Positions 27,371 through 37,942 are shown, numbered from the stretch's first letter. The stretch: DNA of 50,396 nucleotides from Patescibacteria group bacterium (GCA_042570925.1 JBHPFX010000001.1:1-50396); one strand, 5' to 3'. Made by a program: numbers and translations. Notes: a model not told the origin generated them from the sequence alone.

Positions 27371-27408
27371 ATTTCAAAACAGCGCTTAATTAACTATTTC
27401 AACACAAT

Positions 27409-27687
27409 ATGAAACTCAAACCAATCGGTGACCGCGTAGTGGTCAAGCCTTCTACAGAAGAAGAGGTAACAAAATCGGGCATTGTATTGCCAGATACAGT
27501 CGAAAAAGAAAAGAAGGAAGAAGGAGAAATAATTGCAGTCGGTAATGGAGAAAAAATTGCCAAGCTAAATGTAAAAGTTGGCGACGTTGTGATTTTCTCA
27601 AAGTACGGCGGAGATGAAGTTACGGTCGAAGAGGTCGAATATAAAGTTCTCAAAGACGAGGATATTCTTGCAGTTCTCGAAAAATAA
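27409..27687 (+). CDS. groES: Co-chaperonin GroES
   Basis: 92 aa: [14 protein letters not shown]...GIVLPD...GEIIAVG. Confidence 0.97.
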   Translation: MKLKPIGDRVVVKPSTEEEVTKSGIVLPDTVEKEKKEEGEIIAVGNGEKIAKLNVKVGDVVIFSKYGGDEVTVEEVEYKVLKDEDILAVLEK

Positions 27688-27707
27688 TTTTAATTAACTT
27701 TTTATAA

Positions 27708-29369
<1,662 letters not shown>

Positions 29370-29391
29370 GAATTGATAATAAGAAATTTAG

Positions 29392-29420
29392 AAAGCCCAG
29401 GTTAGATGACCTGGGCTTTT
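29392..29420 (+). terminator. Intrinsic terminator after groEL
   Basis: AAAGCCCAGG-ttagatga-CCTGGGCTTT followed by T. Confidence 0.75.
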
Positions 29421-29494
29421 GAATTAAGACAGTTCCGCCTTCGGCGAGGTACTTTGTCAATTTTAGAGAAAGATAGAATTTCCCTCTGGGGGCT

Positions 29495-29604
29495 CCACTT
29501 TTCTTTGCTCGTCCAAAGAAAAGTGGAGAGAAAAGAAAAGACGTCGCGACGCGAACTCGCCTTCAGCTCGTTTCACTCGTTCAGGCTCGAACAGTGCGTC
29601 GCGC
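29495..29604 (+). repeat. Structured intergenic repeat, family A, copy 1
   Basis: A 13-bp hairpin CCACTTTTCTTTG/CAAAGAAAAGTGG is followed by a purine-rich spacer. Then CGCGACGC-GAACTCGCC...GGCTCGAACAGT-GCGTCGCG follows. It has the same architecture as 48461-48575. Confidence 0.55.
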
Positions 29605-29691
29605 AGAAGAGATTTGATGAATAATAAACAAATCCACGCTGGAAAAACACGTACTTTGTGATAGATATAAGTTAGGGTATACTTTAAACAT

Positions 29692-30144
29692 ATGGATCAA
29701 TCTCTTGTGCCAAAACAGCCATTAGAATCACAAGGGGCTGATGACTCCCTTGCAGGAGAGTCAATGTCTTTTTACTGGAAGTTGGCTGTATTTCCAATAC
29801 TCATTTTATTGGCCGGGGAAATCGTACTCCACTATATGGATTTTCCCGCATATGTAACCCGCATATTCGAGGCAGTTATATTCCTTATCGTTGGATTACT
29901 TGCAGCAAAGCGGCATAAGGGTTATCGCGTCGCGGCGTGTGCAGCCGCATATACGGCAGTACTCGCGGGAATCCTGATAGTGCTGTTTGAATTTATTGTT
30001 GATGCACAAGTTTGGCGAGTATTTAATCTTATTGCCCGGCCAATGTGGATGGGTATGGGTGGTTTTGTAGTTGGAGCATTGGGTGGTATACTCTTTATGC
30101 GAATACTTTCTTCATCATTGAAAGGAGGTGGGACACATGGATGA
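29692..30144 (+). CDS. Hypothetical integral membrane protein (4 TM)
   Basis: 150 aa, hydrophobic. No assignable motif. Confidence 0.6.
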   Translation: MDQSLVPKQPLESQGADDSLAGESMSFYWKLAVFPILILLAGEIVLHYMDFPAYVTRIFEAVIFLIVGLLAAKRHKGYRVAACAAAYTAVLAGILIVLFEFIVDAQVWRVFNLIARPMWMGMGGFVVGALGGILFMRILSSSLKGGGTHG

Positions 30145-30451
30145 GAAAAATCAATCTGGACAAATATCGTCTGAACGAAAACTGCTTGCCGCATTCTCGT
30201 ATGTATGGATTGTAAGCGTCATTATGCTTGTAATGAAAAAGGATGATGATTTCGTGCGTTTCCATGCGAAACAGGGGTTAGTGCTTTTTATTGCTTCCTT
30301 TATCGCTTGGATCCCGTTTCTCTGGTGGCTCTGGTTTGTCATTGTCGTCGTATGGCTTATCGGATTTTTCAAGGCACTCTCCGGAGAACGATTCCGCATC
30401 CCAATCATTGCTGACATTGCAGAAAAGATTGTAGGCAAACTTAATTTGTAA
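30137..30451 (+). CDS. Small membrane protein, DUF4870-like
   Basis: SD AAAGGAGGTG lies 6 nt before ATG 30137 (the track start 30128 is GTG). It has LAAFSYVWI....KDDDFVRFHAKQGLVLFI and 2-3 TMs. Confidence 0.6.
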   Translation: MDEKNQSGQISSERKLLAAFSYVWIVSVIMLVMKKDDDFVRFHAKQGLVLFIASFIAWIPFLWWLWFVIVVVWLIGFFKALSGERFRIPIIADIAEKIVGKLNL

Positions 30452-30453
30452 AT

Positions 30454-30500
30454 AAGCCCCTTGCGATGGTGAAATCGGTATGCCCTTGCAGGGGCTTTTG
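30454..30500 (+). terminator. Probable intrinsic terminator (large loop)
   Basis: AAGCCCCTtGC...GCAGGGGCTT followed by TTGTATT. Confidence 0.45.
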
Positions 30501-30565
30501 TATTGCTTAAAATGCTTTTTTCTGCTATACTTCACTTCAAGACTCTTAAATAAAAAAAGATTTTT

Positions 30566-32974
30566 ATGCCTACGAAACAAGGAAGAAAGAAAAAACTCGT
30601 ACTCTGGTTTAATCAGCTCGGCATCAAGGATGTACCGCTTGTCGGAGGAAAGAACGCCTCTCTCGGGGAGATGTACCAAAAGCTGACAAAGAAAGGTGTA
30701 AAAATCCCAAACGGCTACGCAATTACTGCCGAGGCTTATTATTATTTGATAAAAAAAGCAGGTATCCAAAAAAATATTAAAAAGGTTCTCGCCGATCTCA
30801 ATACGCACAATATCCGAAACTTGCAGGCGCGTGGAAAAAAAGTGCGACAGCTGATACTTAATACTACGTTTCCAAAAGACCTCGAGCAGGTTATTATTTC
30901 AAATTATCGAAAATTAGAAAAACAATATGGAAAGAATGTTGATGTGGCCGTTCGATCATCCGCAACAGCAGAAGATCTACCGGATGCATCGTTTGCCGGT
31001 CAGCAGGAAACATTTTTAAATATTCGCGGGACTAAGGCACTTCTTGAAGCGTGCAAACGCTGCTTTGCATCATTATTTACTGACCGGGCAATATCATATC
31101 GGGAGGATAAACATTTCGATCACTTTTCCATTGGTCTCTCAATTGCTGTTCAAAAAATGGTGAGATCTGATAAGGCGGCATCGGGTGTGATGTTTTCGAT
31201 CGACACAGAGTCAGGGCATAAGGACATGGTTCTGATTAATTCTTCATACGGACTGGGTGAGAATATCGTGCAGGGAGCAGTAAGTCCTGATGAGTACTAC
31301 GTACATAAACCAACGCTGGCAAAAGGTTTTAAAGCCATTGTGTCTAAGTCTTTGGGTACCAAGCGAATAAAGATGATTTATGCTTCCGGAAAAAATCCTA
31401 CCAAGAATATTCCCGTACCAAAGGCGAATCGATTCAAGTATTCAATTACCGACAATGAGGTATATAAACTCGCAAAATGGGCCGTAATCATTGAAAACCA
31501 TTATTCAAAAGAGGCGAAGAAATTCAAACCAATGGATATGGAGTGGGCAAAAGATGGCGTGTCCGGACAACTTTTTATCGTACAAGCGCGACCTGAGACA
31601 GTTGTTTCACAACGAAATAAAAATGAATTAGAGCATTATTCGCTGTTGAAAAAAGGAAAAGTGCTCGTATCAGGTTCTCCGGTTGGCACAAAGATTGGTG
31701 TTGGTCGTGCTAATGTCATCATGGATGTGAAGCATATTTTGAAATTTAAAAAAGGTGACATTCTGGTAACGCATATGACTGATCCTGATTGGGAGCCGAT
31801 TATGAAAATTGCGTCAGCAATTGTAACTAATGAAGGTGGCAGAACATCCCATGCTGCGATTGTCAGTCGCGAGCTTGGCATTCCCGCGATAGTTGGAGCC
31901 GAGGGTGCGACGAAAGCAATTCCACATAACTCAACGGTCACTGTGAGTTGTGCCGAGGGTGACGTCGGTCGCGTATATGCCGGCAAACTGCCATTTCGTG
32001 TTCGTCGAACCAGTCTCAAGAACTTAAAGCAACCGAAGACACAGATAAAGATGATCTTTGGGACGCCTGAGCTTGCATTTCAAACATCACAGATACCAAA
32101 TAAGGGTGTCGGACTTGCCCGGGAGGAATTTATTATCAATTCATATATCAAAATTCATCCTATGGCATTAGTGAAATACCCGAATCTGAAAGACAAGAAA
32201 GCCAAAAGAGAAATTGAAAAACTCACTGTTGGTTATAAGAATAAGAAACAATATTATGTCGATAAGCTTGCATACGGTATCGCAACCATTGCATCGGCAT
32301 TTTATCCAAAAGAAGTAATCGTACGATTAGCTGATTTTCGTACGAACGAATATGCCGAATTAATTGGGGGAAAGGAATTTGAGCCCGAAGAGCGTAATCC
32401 GATGATTGGTTGGCGAGGTGCATCGAGATATTATGATCCCGAGTACCGTCCGGCATTTGATTTAGAGTGTAAAGCGCTTCATCGAGTACGCGAAAAGATG
32501 GGCCTAACAAATGTGAAAGTAATGGTGCCATTTTGCCGGACTATCGAAGAAGGCAAAAAAGTGATTAAGGCGATGGCTGAGAATGGCTTGAAACAGCGTG
32601 TCAACGGACTTGAGATCTATGTAATGTGTGAAATTCCCTCAAATGTGGTATTAGCAGATCAGTTTTCTAAAATATTTGACGGATTTTCAATCGGATCAAA
32701 TGATTTAACGCAACTCACCTTAGGATTAGATCGTGATTCCGGCCTCATAGCTCACATTGGTAACGAAAATAATGACGCAATCAAACGGATGGTTGCTGAT
32801 GTAATAAAGACAGCCAAGAAGCATAAAAGAAAAATTGGTATTTGCGGTCAAGCGCCTTCTGATTTTCCAGAATTCGCAAAATTTCTTGTAAAACAGGGAA
32901 TTGATTCAATCTCGCTGAATCCCGACACGATTATTAAAACGACGGTTGCATTAGCAAAAGTTGAGAAAAAGTAA
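30566..32974 (+). CDS. ppsA: Phosphoenolpyruvate synthase (pyruvate, water dikinase)
   Basis: 802 aa with GGKNASLGEM, phospho-His segment GGRTSHAAIVSRELGIPAIVG and a PEP-utilising C-terminal TIM domain. Confidence 0.95.
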   Translation: MPTKQGRKKKLVLWFNQLGIKDVPLVGGKNASLGEMYQKLTKKGVKIPNGYAITAEAYYYLIKKAGIQKNIKKVLADLNTHNIRNLQARGKKVRQLILNTTFPKDLEQVIISNYRKLEKQYGKNVDVAVRSSATAEDLPDASFAGQQETFLNIRGTKALLEACKRCFASLFTDRAISYREDKHFDHFSIGLSIAVQKMVRSDKAASGVMFSIDTESGHKDMVLINSSYGLGENIVQGAVSPDEYYVHKPTLAKGFKAIVSKSLGTKRIKMIYASGKNPTKNIPVPKANRFKYSITDNEVYKLAKWAVIIENHYSKEAKKFKPMDMEWAKDGVSGQLFIVQARPETVVSQRNKNELEHYSLLKKGKVLVSGSPVGTKIGVGRANVIMDVKHILKFKKGDILVTHMTDPDWEPIMKIASAIVTNEGGRTSHAAIVSRELGIPAIVGAEGATKAIPHNSTVTVSCAEGDVGRVYAGKLPFRVRRTSLKNLKQPKTQIKMIFGTPELAFQTSQIPNKGVGLAREEFIINSYIKIHPMALVKYPNLKDKKAKREIEKLTVGYKNKKQYYVDKLAYGIATIASAFYPKEVIVRLADFRTNEYAELIGGKEFEPEERNPMIGWRGASRYYDPEYRPAFDLECKALHRVREKMGLTNVKVMVPFCRTIEEGKKVIKAMAENGLKQRVNGLEIYVMCEIPSNVVLADQFSKIFDGFSIGSNDLTQLTLGLDRDSGLIAHIGNENNDAIKRMVADVIKTAKKHKRKIGICGQAPSDFPEFAKFLVKQGIDSISLNPDTIIKTTVALAKVEKK

Positions 32975-33040
32975 TAGGCGCATTATTTAGTTCCACAATT
33001 GCATCATGTAAGATGTAATTTGTGGTATACTGACCTCGTT

Positions 33041-34762
33041 ATGCTAACGAAATACCCAACTACCATTGCTTCAATTATTGTTGGTTGTGTTGTGTTAATT
33101 ACTGGGGTAATAGTTGTTTTTACCGTACAAGCTGAGAGTCCTCCAGTAACTCCTGATGCCGTACTCATAACACCTACAGCAGGAAGCACAGTAAGTGGAA
33201 CCCTTTCTTTTGAAGCGAATTTGGGTGAAATATCACCGCCACCTGATACGGTGGTCTCATTTACCATATACAGATTAACCGGCGGTGGGGCACCTGAATA
33301 CAGCCGGTATTGTTTTTTATCTCCTCTTGCAACAAATATCGTAGGAACTCGTTGGCGAGCCGACAACGTTGACACGATGAAAGTATCTGGAAATTGCTCA
33401 GATTCATTGGTGGGCTGGGGAACTGTTTATACACCCGAAAATGGAACATACCGCTTTGGTGTTTGGATAGATGGAGAGGAGTATGTTACCGAAGACAGTA
33501 TTACCATTGATAATGGAGTGGCGCAGGTTGATCCGGAAGGACCGGGTGTTAATATAAATATAAACCGGAATACTAATACCAATCAAAATACTAACACCGG
33601 TAATACTAATTTTGAAACTAACCAAAATTTTAATACAAACGAAGGCAGTGAAGTTAACGCCAATGAAGATTCTTCATCACCGGATCCTGTTCTTAATATC
33701 AATGAGGGGGGAGATAGTCCTCCAGGTGATGATGACGAAGGAGCACAGCAGCCCAGTATTTCTTTTGTAAGTCCCAATGATGGAGCTAAAGTTCAGGGCA
33801 CAGTGAATATCGTTGCATCAGTGGCAAATGTGACGCAGTCTGAAATTCAGGAAGTCGTATTCTCAGTAGAAAGCCGCACTGTCTGGTATACCATGGGACA
33901 AGCAACCCAAGGTTCTTCTGGCGACAATTGGACACATCAATGGAATACCACATCACTACCTGATGGAACAGTGTTTGGGGTGATGCGATTGTATCTTTCT
34001 AATGGTACTATTTACGGTACAGAGGTACGCGCATTTACGATTGCTAATACATCTGATGGATCAGCAGATGACACTCAAACGAATACAAATTCCGGAGAAT
34101 CGAATACTAATTCTATAGTCTCAAATACAAATGAAGGAGATGATTCATCTGGTGCAAACACTAATTATGACTCGAGTCCTGCACCACCGACGGGACGTCC
34201 CCCAAAAGATTCTGATAACGATGGAATAGCGGATGTAGAGGAAAAGAAAAGAGGAACGGATCCAAATCGTCCCGGTGCCATCGTACCACCAAGAAGAACG
34301 TATACGTCGCGGCCATCAGCTCACCCTCTTACATCTGGAGTAGAGGATGATACGCTACGTGTAACAAAAGTAACTGGTCCCGGAATTATTTCATCCGGAG
34401 AAGAAACGGAAAATTCATATAAGTTCTATGGAACAGGCATACCAGCGGAATTTCTTTCCTTGTTTATCTATAGTGAAAATCCCATTGTTATTCCAGTCCA
34501 AACGAATGCACTTGGGTTATGGCAATCTGATGCGAATTTTCTGCTTGAAATCGGTGATCATAGCGCCTATGTTGCTTTACTTAATAATAATGGAGATGTA
34601 GAACAGAAGAGCGCTCCGTTTGCATTTACCATCGATCCTGATGCTCTTAAGAAATCGCAGGGAGGATCATTTCCCTGGGTCTGGGTGATTGTTGCAGTCG
34701 TTGTTATAGGAGGAGGAGTTGTAGGGTTTCAAATGATGGGCAAAGGCGAGGAAAAGAAATAA
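33041..34762 (+). CDS. Surface protein: N-terminal TM/signal, Ig-like regions, Asn/Thr-rich linkers, one TSP3-like repeat, C-terminal TM anchor
   Basis: ATG at 33041 (the track start 32999 is TTG). It has NTNTNQNTNTGNTN linkers, DSDNDGIADVEEKKRGTDPNRPG and a C-terminal FPWVWVIVAVVVIGGGVVGF. Confidence 0.75.
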   Translation: MLTKYPTTIASIIVGCVVLITGVIVVFTVQAESPPVTPDAVLITPTAGSTVSGTLSFEANLGEISPPPDTVVSFTIYRLTGGGAPEYSRYCFLSPLATNIVGTRWRADNVDTMKVSGNCSDSLVGWGTVYTPENGTYRFGVWIDGEEYVTEDSITIDNGVAQVDPEGPGVNININRNTNTNQNTNTGNTNFETNQNFNTNEGSEVNANEDSSSPDPVLNINEGGDSPPGDDDEGAQQPSISFVSPNDGAKVQGTVNIVASVANVTQSEIQEVVFSVESRTVWYTMGQATQGSSGDNWTHQWNTTSLPDGTVFGVMRLYLSNGTIYGTEVRAFTIANTSDGSADDTQTNTNSGESNTNSIVSNTNEGDDSSGANTNYDSSPAPPTGRPPKDSDNDGIADVEEKKRGTDPNRPGAIVPPRRTYTSRPSAHPLTSGVEDDTLRVTKVTGPGIISSGEETENSYKFYGTGIPAEFLSLFIYSENPIVIPVQTNALGLWQSDANFLLEIGDHSAYVALLNNNGDVEQKSAPFAFTIDPDALKKSQGGSFPWVWVIVAVVVIGGGVVGFQMMGKGEEKK

Positions 34763-34804
34763 ATAAATTTTAAACAGGTATCCTCCAGTAAAAACGGGGG
34801 TTTC

Positions 34805-34833
34805 TTGACGTACCTATTGAATATTGATAAAAT
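34805..34833 (+). promoter_or_regulatory. Sigma70-like promoter upstream of the helicase gene
   Basis: TTGACG-17 nt-TAAAAT. SD GGGGAG lies before ATG 34878. Confidence 0.5.
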
Positions 34834-34877
34834 CGTTCAATTAGCTCTTTTACATTCACAGAAGGGGAGATTAGGTA

Positions 34878-37235
34878 ATGACACACACAGCATGTCAGTT
34901 TCGGAATGTTGTGGTTGTGGCTGATGGTCCAAATATATTCACAGAACAGCTGACGGAAGCGGGAATCGTATTCCGGATCGTGGAGAGTGTTAACCCTGAT
35001 ACAGTTAAAACACCTCCGGATCTTGTCCTGACGGTCAACAAAGGCCGCAGGACCGCTGAAGACATCAAGTCTCAGTATCCCGATGCTCAGGTAATTGTCG
35101 TCCAGGGTGGCAGGAAGCAATATGCCCCTCGTATTACCGTGGTTCACGGTAAGGGCAAGGACAATTACGATGTTCTGTGGTATCAGACCTGGGATCAATT
35201 TATCGAAATCATCAGCAAACCACAACCAAGACGGCCGAAGGCATTCGTTCCTTCGGGAGAACCAGATCAATACTCACTCATTGCGAACATTGATCCATGC
35301 CCACCTCTTTCACCAGAAGTGGAAGCTACGTACGACCTGATGCTTCGAATTTCAGAGCATTATCTCACGTGGTATCTTCAGTGGCTTTCTGAGATTGGGG
35401 GCATGATCTTCAAATGTTCGTTCAATTTCCCGAAACGCAGGAAGCGGATTGCCCGAGTAACACTCCCAAATAACGGTCAGTTCACCCATTGGGGACTGCC
35501 AGTGTTTTCAGAAGAGGCAGAGGCCATTTTCCTGGACGACAGAGATAATAAGCACAATGCTGTTGTCGAGTCAGTCCGGGATGAGGAAATCACTTTTGTT
35601 TTTACTGAATCACTTCCCAGACAAACAGCGAATAACCTTGTTTCGGTGAAGCTAAAAGTAGCCAATGTCCTTCAGGAAATGCAGCGAGAAGTATGCTGGC
35701 AAGCGATGAGTCATCCAGAGGAGTGTTCGCGTCCTCTGAAGGTTATGGCGGGACAGTGTCCGAATGATGGAGTGAAAAAGTTGACAACACTTCATCTGAC
35801 ACTGGAGCAGGCGCGAAATCTAAGACAAGACGAATCACAAACGCATGCGCTTGCTGTGAGCGTGGACAATCGGTCAATCAATCTCATTCATGGCCCAGCG
35901 GGTACCGGTAAAACCTGTGATACAGCCTGGATTGTAAAGCAGTTTGCAGCTCACGGAAAAGTCACACTACTAGTCTCGCATTCAAACCAGGGGCTCGATA
36001 CACTTCTAGATTTTGTGGCACGAAGCATCGAACGCGAGGATGTAATTTTCCGCCTTGGGAATAATGCAAAGAACGTAACTTCCCAAGGATCGCGATTCCA
36101 TCGTTCGGAAAGATTCTCGCGAGCAGAAGTTTCGCTTCATGACGACGAACAACGAGAAGACAAGCATCTCTCAAAAGATGAAGTACACAGGATTAACGAG
36201 CTTCTCGGAGATGGTCAGTCCGTGATCCTCGCATGCACGATGGCCTCGTTTCTTGTTGATCGGACACTCGTGAAGCTGCTTACCAAGATGGGAGTAGAAA
36301 TCGATGTGACAATCATCGATGAAGCTTCTCGTGGGTATCTCTTTGAAGTCCTTCCAGTCGTCAATGCGACAAAAGAACGGGTTGTCTTCATTGGAGATCC
36401 GGATCAGCTTGGTAATCTCGAACTGTCTCCTGATGTACGTAGATATCTCAGAGCACGGGACTTTACCGACGAACAGATTGCGCTCTTCGGCAACGGGTGG
36501 TTTAACACTGTCGTCAAGCAGGAGCTCTTTCCTGTGGATCTGCTCATGATCAATCGACGTTCGCTGCCTGTGGTGTGCCGTCTTGTGAGCAATTTGTTCT
36601 ATGACGACAGGGTCATTCCGGGACGATTCGATGCGAAAGATCCGGGTCAGTTCACGTTCATAGACACGAAAGATGCCCAACACAACGAAGATAAGCAGAT
36701 CGGGACATCGTTTTGCAACAGGAAAGAAGCGAACATCGTTGTAAGGCTAATTGTTTGGCTCCTCTCCCGAGGTGTGCGGTGGGAAGACATCGCGATTATC
36801 ACACCATACCGCGCCCAGATTATTCTTATCCGCAACAAGCTGCGTGGAGAGATTCTATTCAACAAACGGCTTGCGAAACTGCGGAAGAGATTATTGGGCG
36901 ACAGGCAAGTCGAGGGTGAGGCTGCCATTGCACGTGCGATTCAGGATCAGGTCGAGCAAATCTGCCTGAAGATCGTCAACACCGTTGACGCATTTCAGGG
37001 CAGTCAGCGCAAGATAATCGTGTGCAGCATGGTGACTTCAAACACGGACGGTCGCATCGGCTTTAACCGAAATGTCAATCGTTTGCGTGTCGCATTCTCA
37101 AGGGCGGCGGACCATCTGTATCTCATTGCCAACTCCCGTACGTTCCTGGAATCTGATTTCCCAGAAGTACATCCCATCTTCGAGCAGTCGATTGCATATG
37201 CTCGCGAACTGGGGACGTATCAGGAGGTTACATAA
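34878..37235 (+). CDS. Upf1-like (SF1B, AAA_11/AAA_12-type) helicase with ~330-aa unassigned N-terminal region
   Basis: 785 aa with Walker A LIHGPAGTGKT, Walker B IIDEASR, FIGDPDQL, VDAFQGSQRKIIVCSMVTSN and RLRVAFSRAADHLYLI. Residues 1-110 look like a flavodoxin/REC-like alpha-beta module (VVVVAD...PDLVL). A sample line gives ~53% GC. Confidence 0.85.
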   Translation: MTHTACQFRNVVVVADGPNIFTEQLTEAGIVFRIVESVNPDTVKTPPDLVLTVNKGRRTAEDIKSQYPDAQVIVVQGGRKQYAPRITVVHGKGKDNYDVLWYQTWDQFIEIISKPQPRRPKAFVPSGEPDQYSLIANIDPCPPLSPEVEATYDLMLRISEHYLTWYLQWLSEIGGMIFKCSFNFPKRRKRIARVTLPNNGQFTHWGLPVFSEEAEAIFLDDRDNKHNAVVESVRDEEITFVFTESLPRQTANNLVSVKLKVANVLQEMQREVCWQAMSHPEECSRPLKVMAGQCPNDGVKKLTTLHLTLEQARNLRQDESQTHALAVSVDNRSINLIHGPAGTGKTCDTAWIVKQFAAHGKVTLLVSHSNQGLDTLLDFVARSIEREDVIFRLGNNAKNVTSQGSRFHRSERFSRAEVSLHDDEQREDKHLSKDEVHRINELLGDGQSVILACTMASFLVDRTLVKLLTKMGVEIDVTIIDEASRGYLFEVLPVVNATKERVVFIGDPDQLGNLELSPDVRRYLRARDFTDEQIALFGNGWFNTVVKQELFPVDLLMINRRSLPVVCRLVSNLFYDDRVIPGRFDAKDPGQFTFIDTKDAQHNEDKQIGTSFCNRKEANIVVRLIVWLLSRGVRWEDIAIITPYRAQIILIRNKLRGEILFNKRLAKLRKRLLGDRQVEGEAAIARAIQDQVEQICLKIVNTVDAFQGSQRKIIVCSMVTSNTDGRIGFNRNVNRLRVAFSRAADHLYLIANSRTFLESDFPEVHPIFEQSIAYARELGTYQEVT

Positions 37236-37261
37236 GGAGGGAAAGCATAGAAATAAAATAA

Positions 37262-37299
37262 AGGGCGGGGACCTTACGGTCGCCGCCCCTTTTTCTTTG
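37262..37299 (+). terminator. Intrinsic terminator after the helicase gene
   Basis: GC-rich imperfect hairpin AGGGCGGGGACC-ttac-GGTCGCCGCCCCT followed by TTTTCTTT. Confidence 0.7.
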
Positions 37300-37446
37300 G
37301 TCCGGCATAAGCCGGTCCGGTAGAGCCCAACCCTCTTCCCACTTGGAATCGTGGATAATTGAAGATCTACCCAGATCCTGACTCATTCATTATCGAGTCA
37401 AGCCAGGAGTCATAGGGCATGAGAAGTCCCATGACCTGAACTCTCC

Positions 37447-37692
37447 TTAAAAGGGCCCCACCCCAGGCCTGGTGGCTTTCTTATTGTCGTACCGTAGCCA
37501 TTTTCGACGCCGAAGGCTTGGACAATAAGGAAAACACTCAACGCTCTTCATATATCGAATCACTTGGTCGAGCGATCCGAAGAAGAACGTCAACTGCCTG
37601 CCCGCGGCGCGCAATGATGCCACGCACCTAAGCAGGTTTGGCCTGGGGAAGGAGATGGACATTACTCCACCGGAGGATGAATGAAAGAACAT
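37447..37692 (-). CDS. Possible small basic protein (81 aa), convergent with the helicase
   Basis: A strong SD GGAGGGAGGA lies 5 nt before the ATG, inside the GC-rich block. The sequence is unremarkable and the region is rich in hairpins, so it could instead be non-coding. Confidence 0.3.
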   Translation of the reverse strand: MFFHSSSGGVMSISFPRPNLLRCVASLRAAGRQLTFFFGSLDQVIRYMKSVECFPYCPSLRRRKWLRYDNKKATRPGVGPF

Positions 37693-37810
37693 AAGCGTCC
37701 TCCCTCCTGGACGAAAGTATCTTTGCGCAGATTTGAATATAAGTCAAGTAAAACGCTTTTCTTTTTATGAATAGAATGCTATGTTATACTGCTCATGGAC
37801 GTGCTCCAAG

Positions 37811-37900
37811 GGAGAGGTCGCATAGTGGTCTAGTGCGTCTGCTTGGAGAGCAGATAGGCCTTAACGGGCCTCGGGAGTTCGAATCTCCCCCTCTCCGCCA
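37811..37900 (+). tRNA. tRNA-Ser (anticodon GGA), CCA encoded
   Basis: Hand-folded: acceptor GGAGAGG/CCTCTCC, anticodon arm TCTGC-TTGGAGA-GCAGA, long variable arm, T-arm GGGAG-TTCGAAT-CTCCC. Confidence 0.92.
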
Positions 37901-37942
37901 TGAATAATATGGGTGTTATTAAGGATTTGAAGTTGCGAGCAT

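Noticed and set aside
29406-29624. 72-aa plus-strand ORF after groEL
   Set aside because: It spans the groEL terminator and the family A structured repeat. It has no SD, and the peptide reflects hairpin sequence.
33540-34180. Short periodic AAT/ACT/AAC repeats that could look like a repeat array
   Set aside because: They are in-frame Asn/Thr codon runs within a surface-protein CDS. There is no repeat-spacer periodicity of CRISPR size. No CRISPR array was seen anywhere in the window.
35144-35170. HGKGKDNYD in the helicase N-terminal region as a PLD-type HxK(x)4D nuclease motif
   Set aside because: The spacing is wrong (the Asp residues fall at +3 and +6 after the Lys, not +5). The downstream GG/S-x-N part of the motif is absent, so no nuclease call is made.
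34770-35270. 166-aa minus-strand ORF overlapping the helicase 5' region
   Set aside because: It is antisense to a continuous 785-aa frame with a promoter and SD. It stays open only because of local GC richness. The same applies to 36171-36683 and other nested ORFs in 35.0-37.3 kb.
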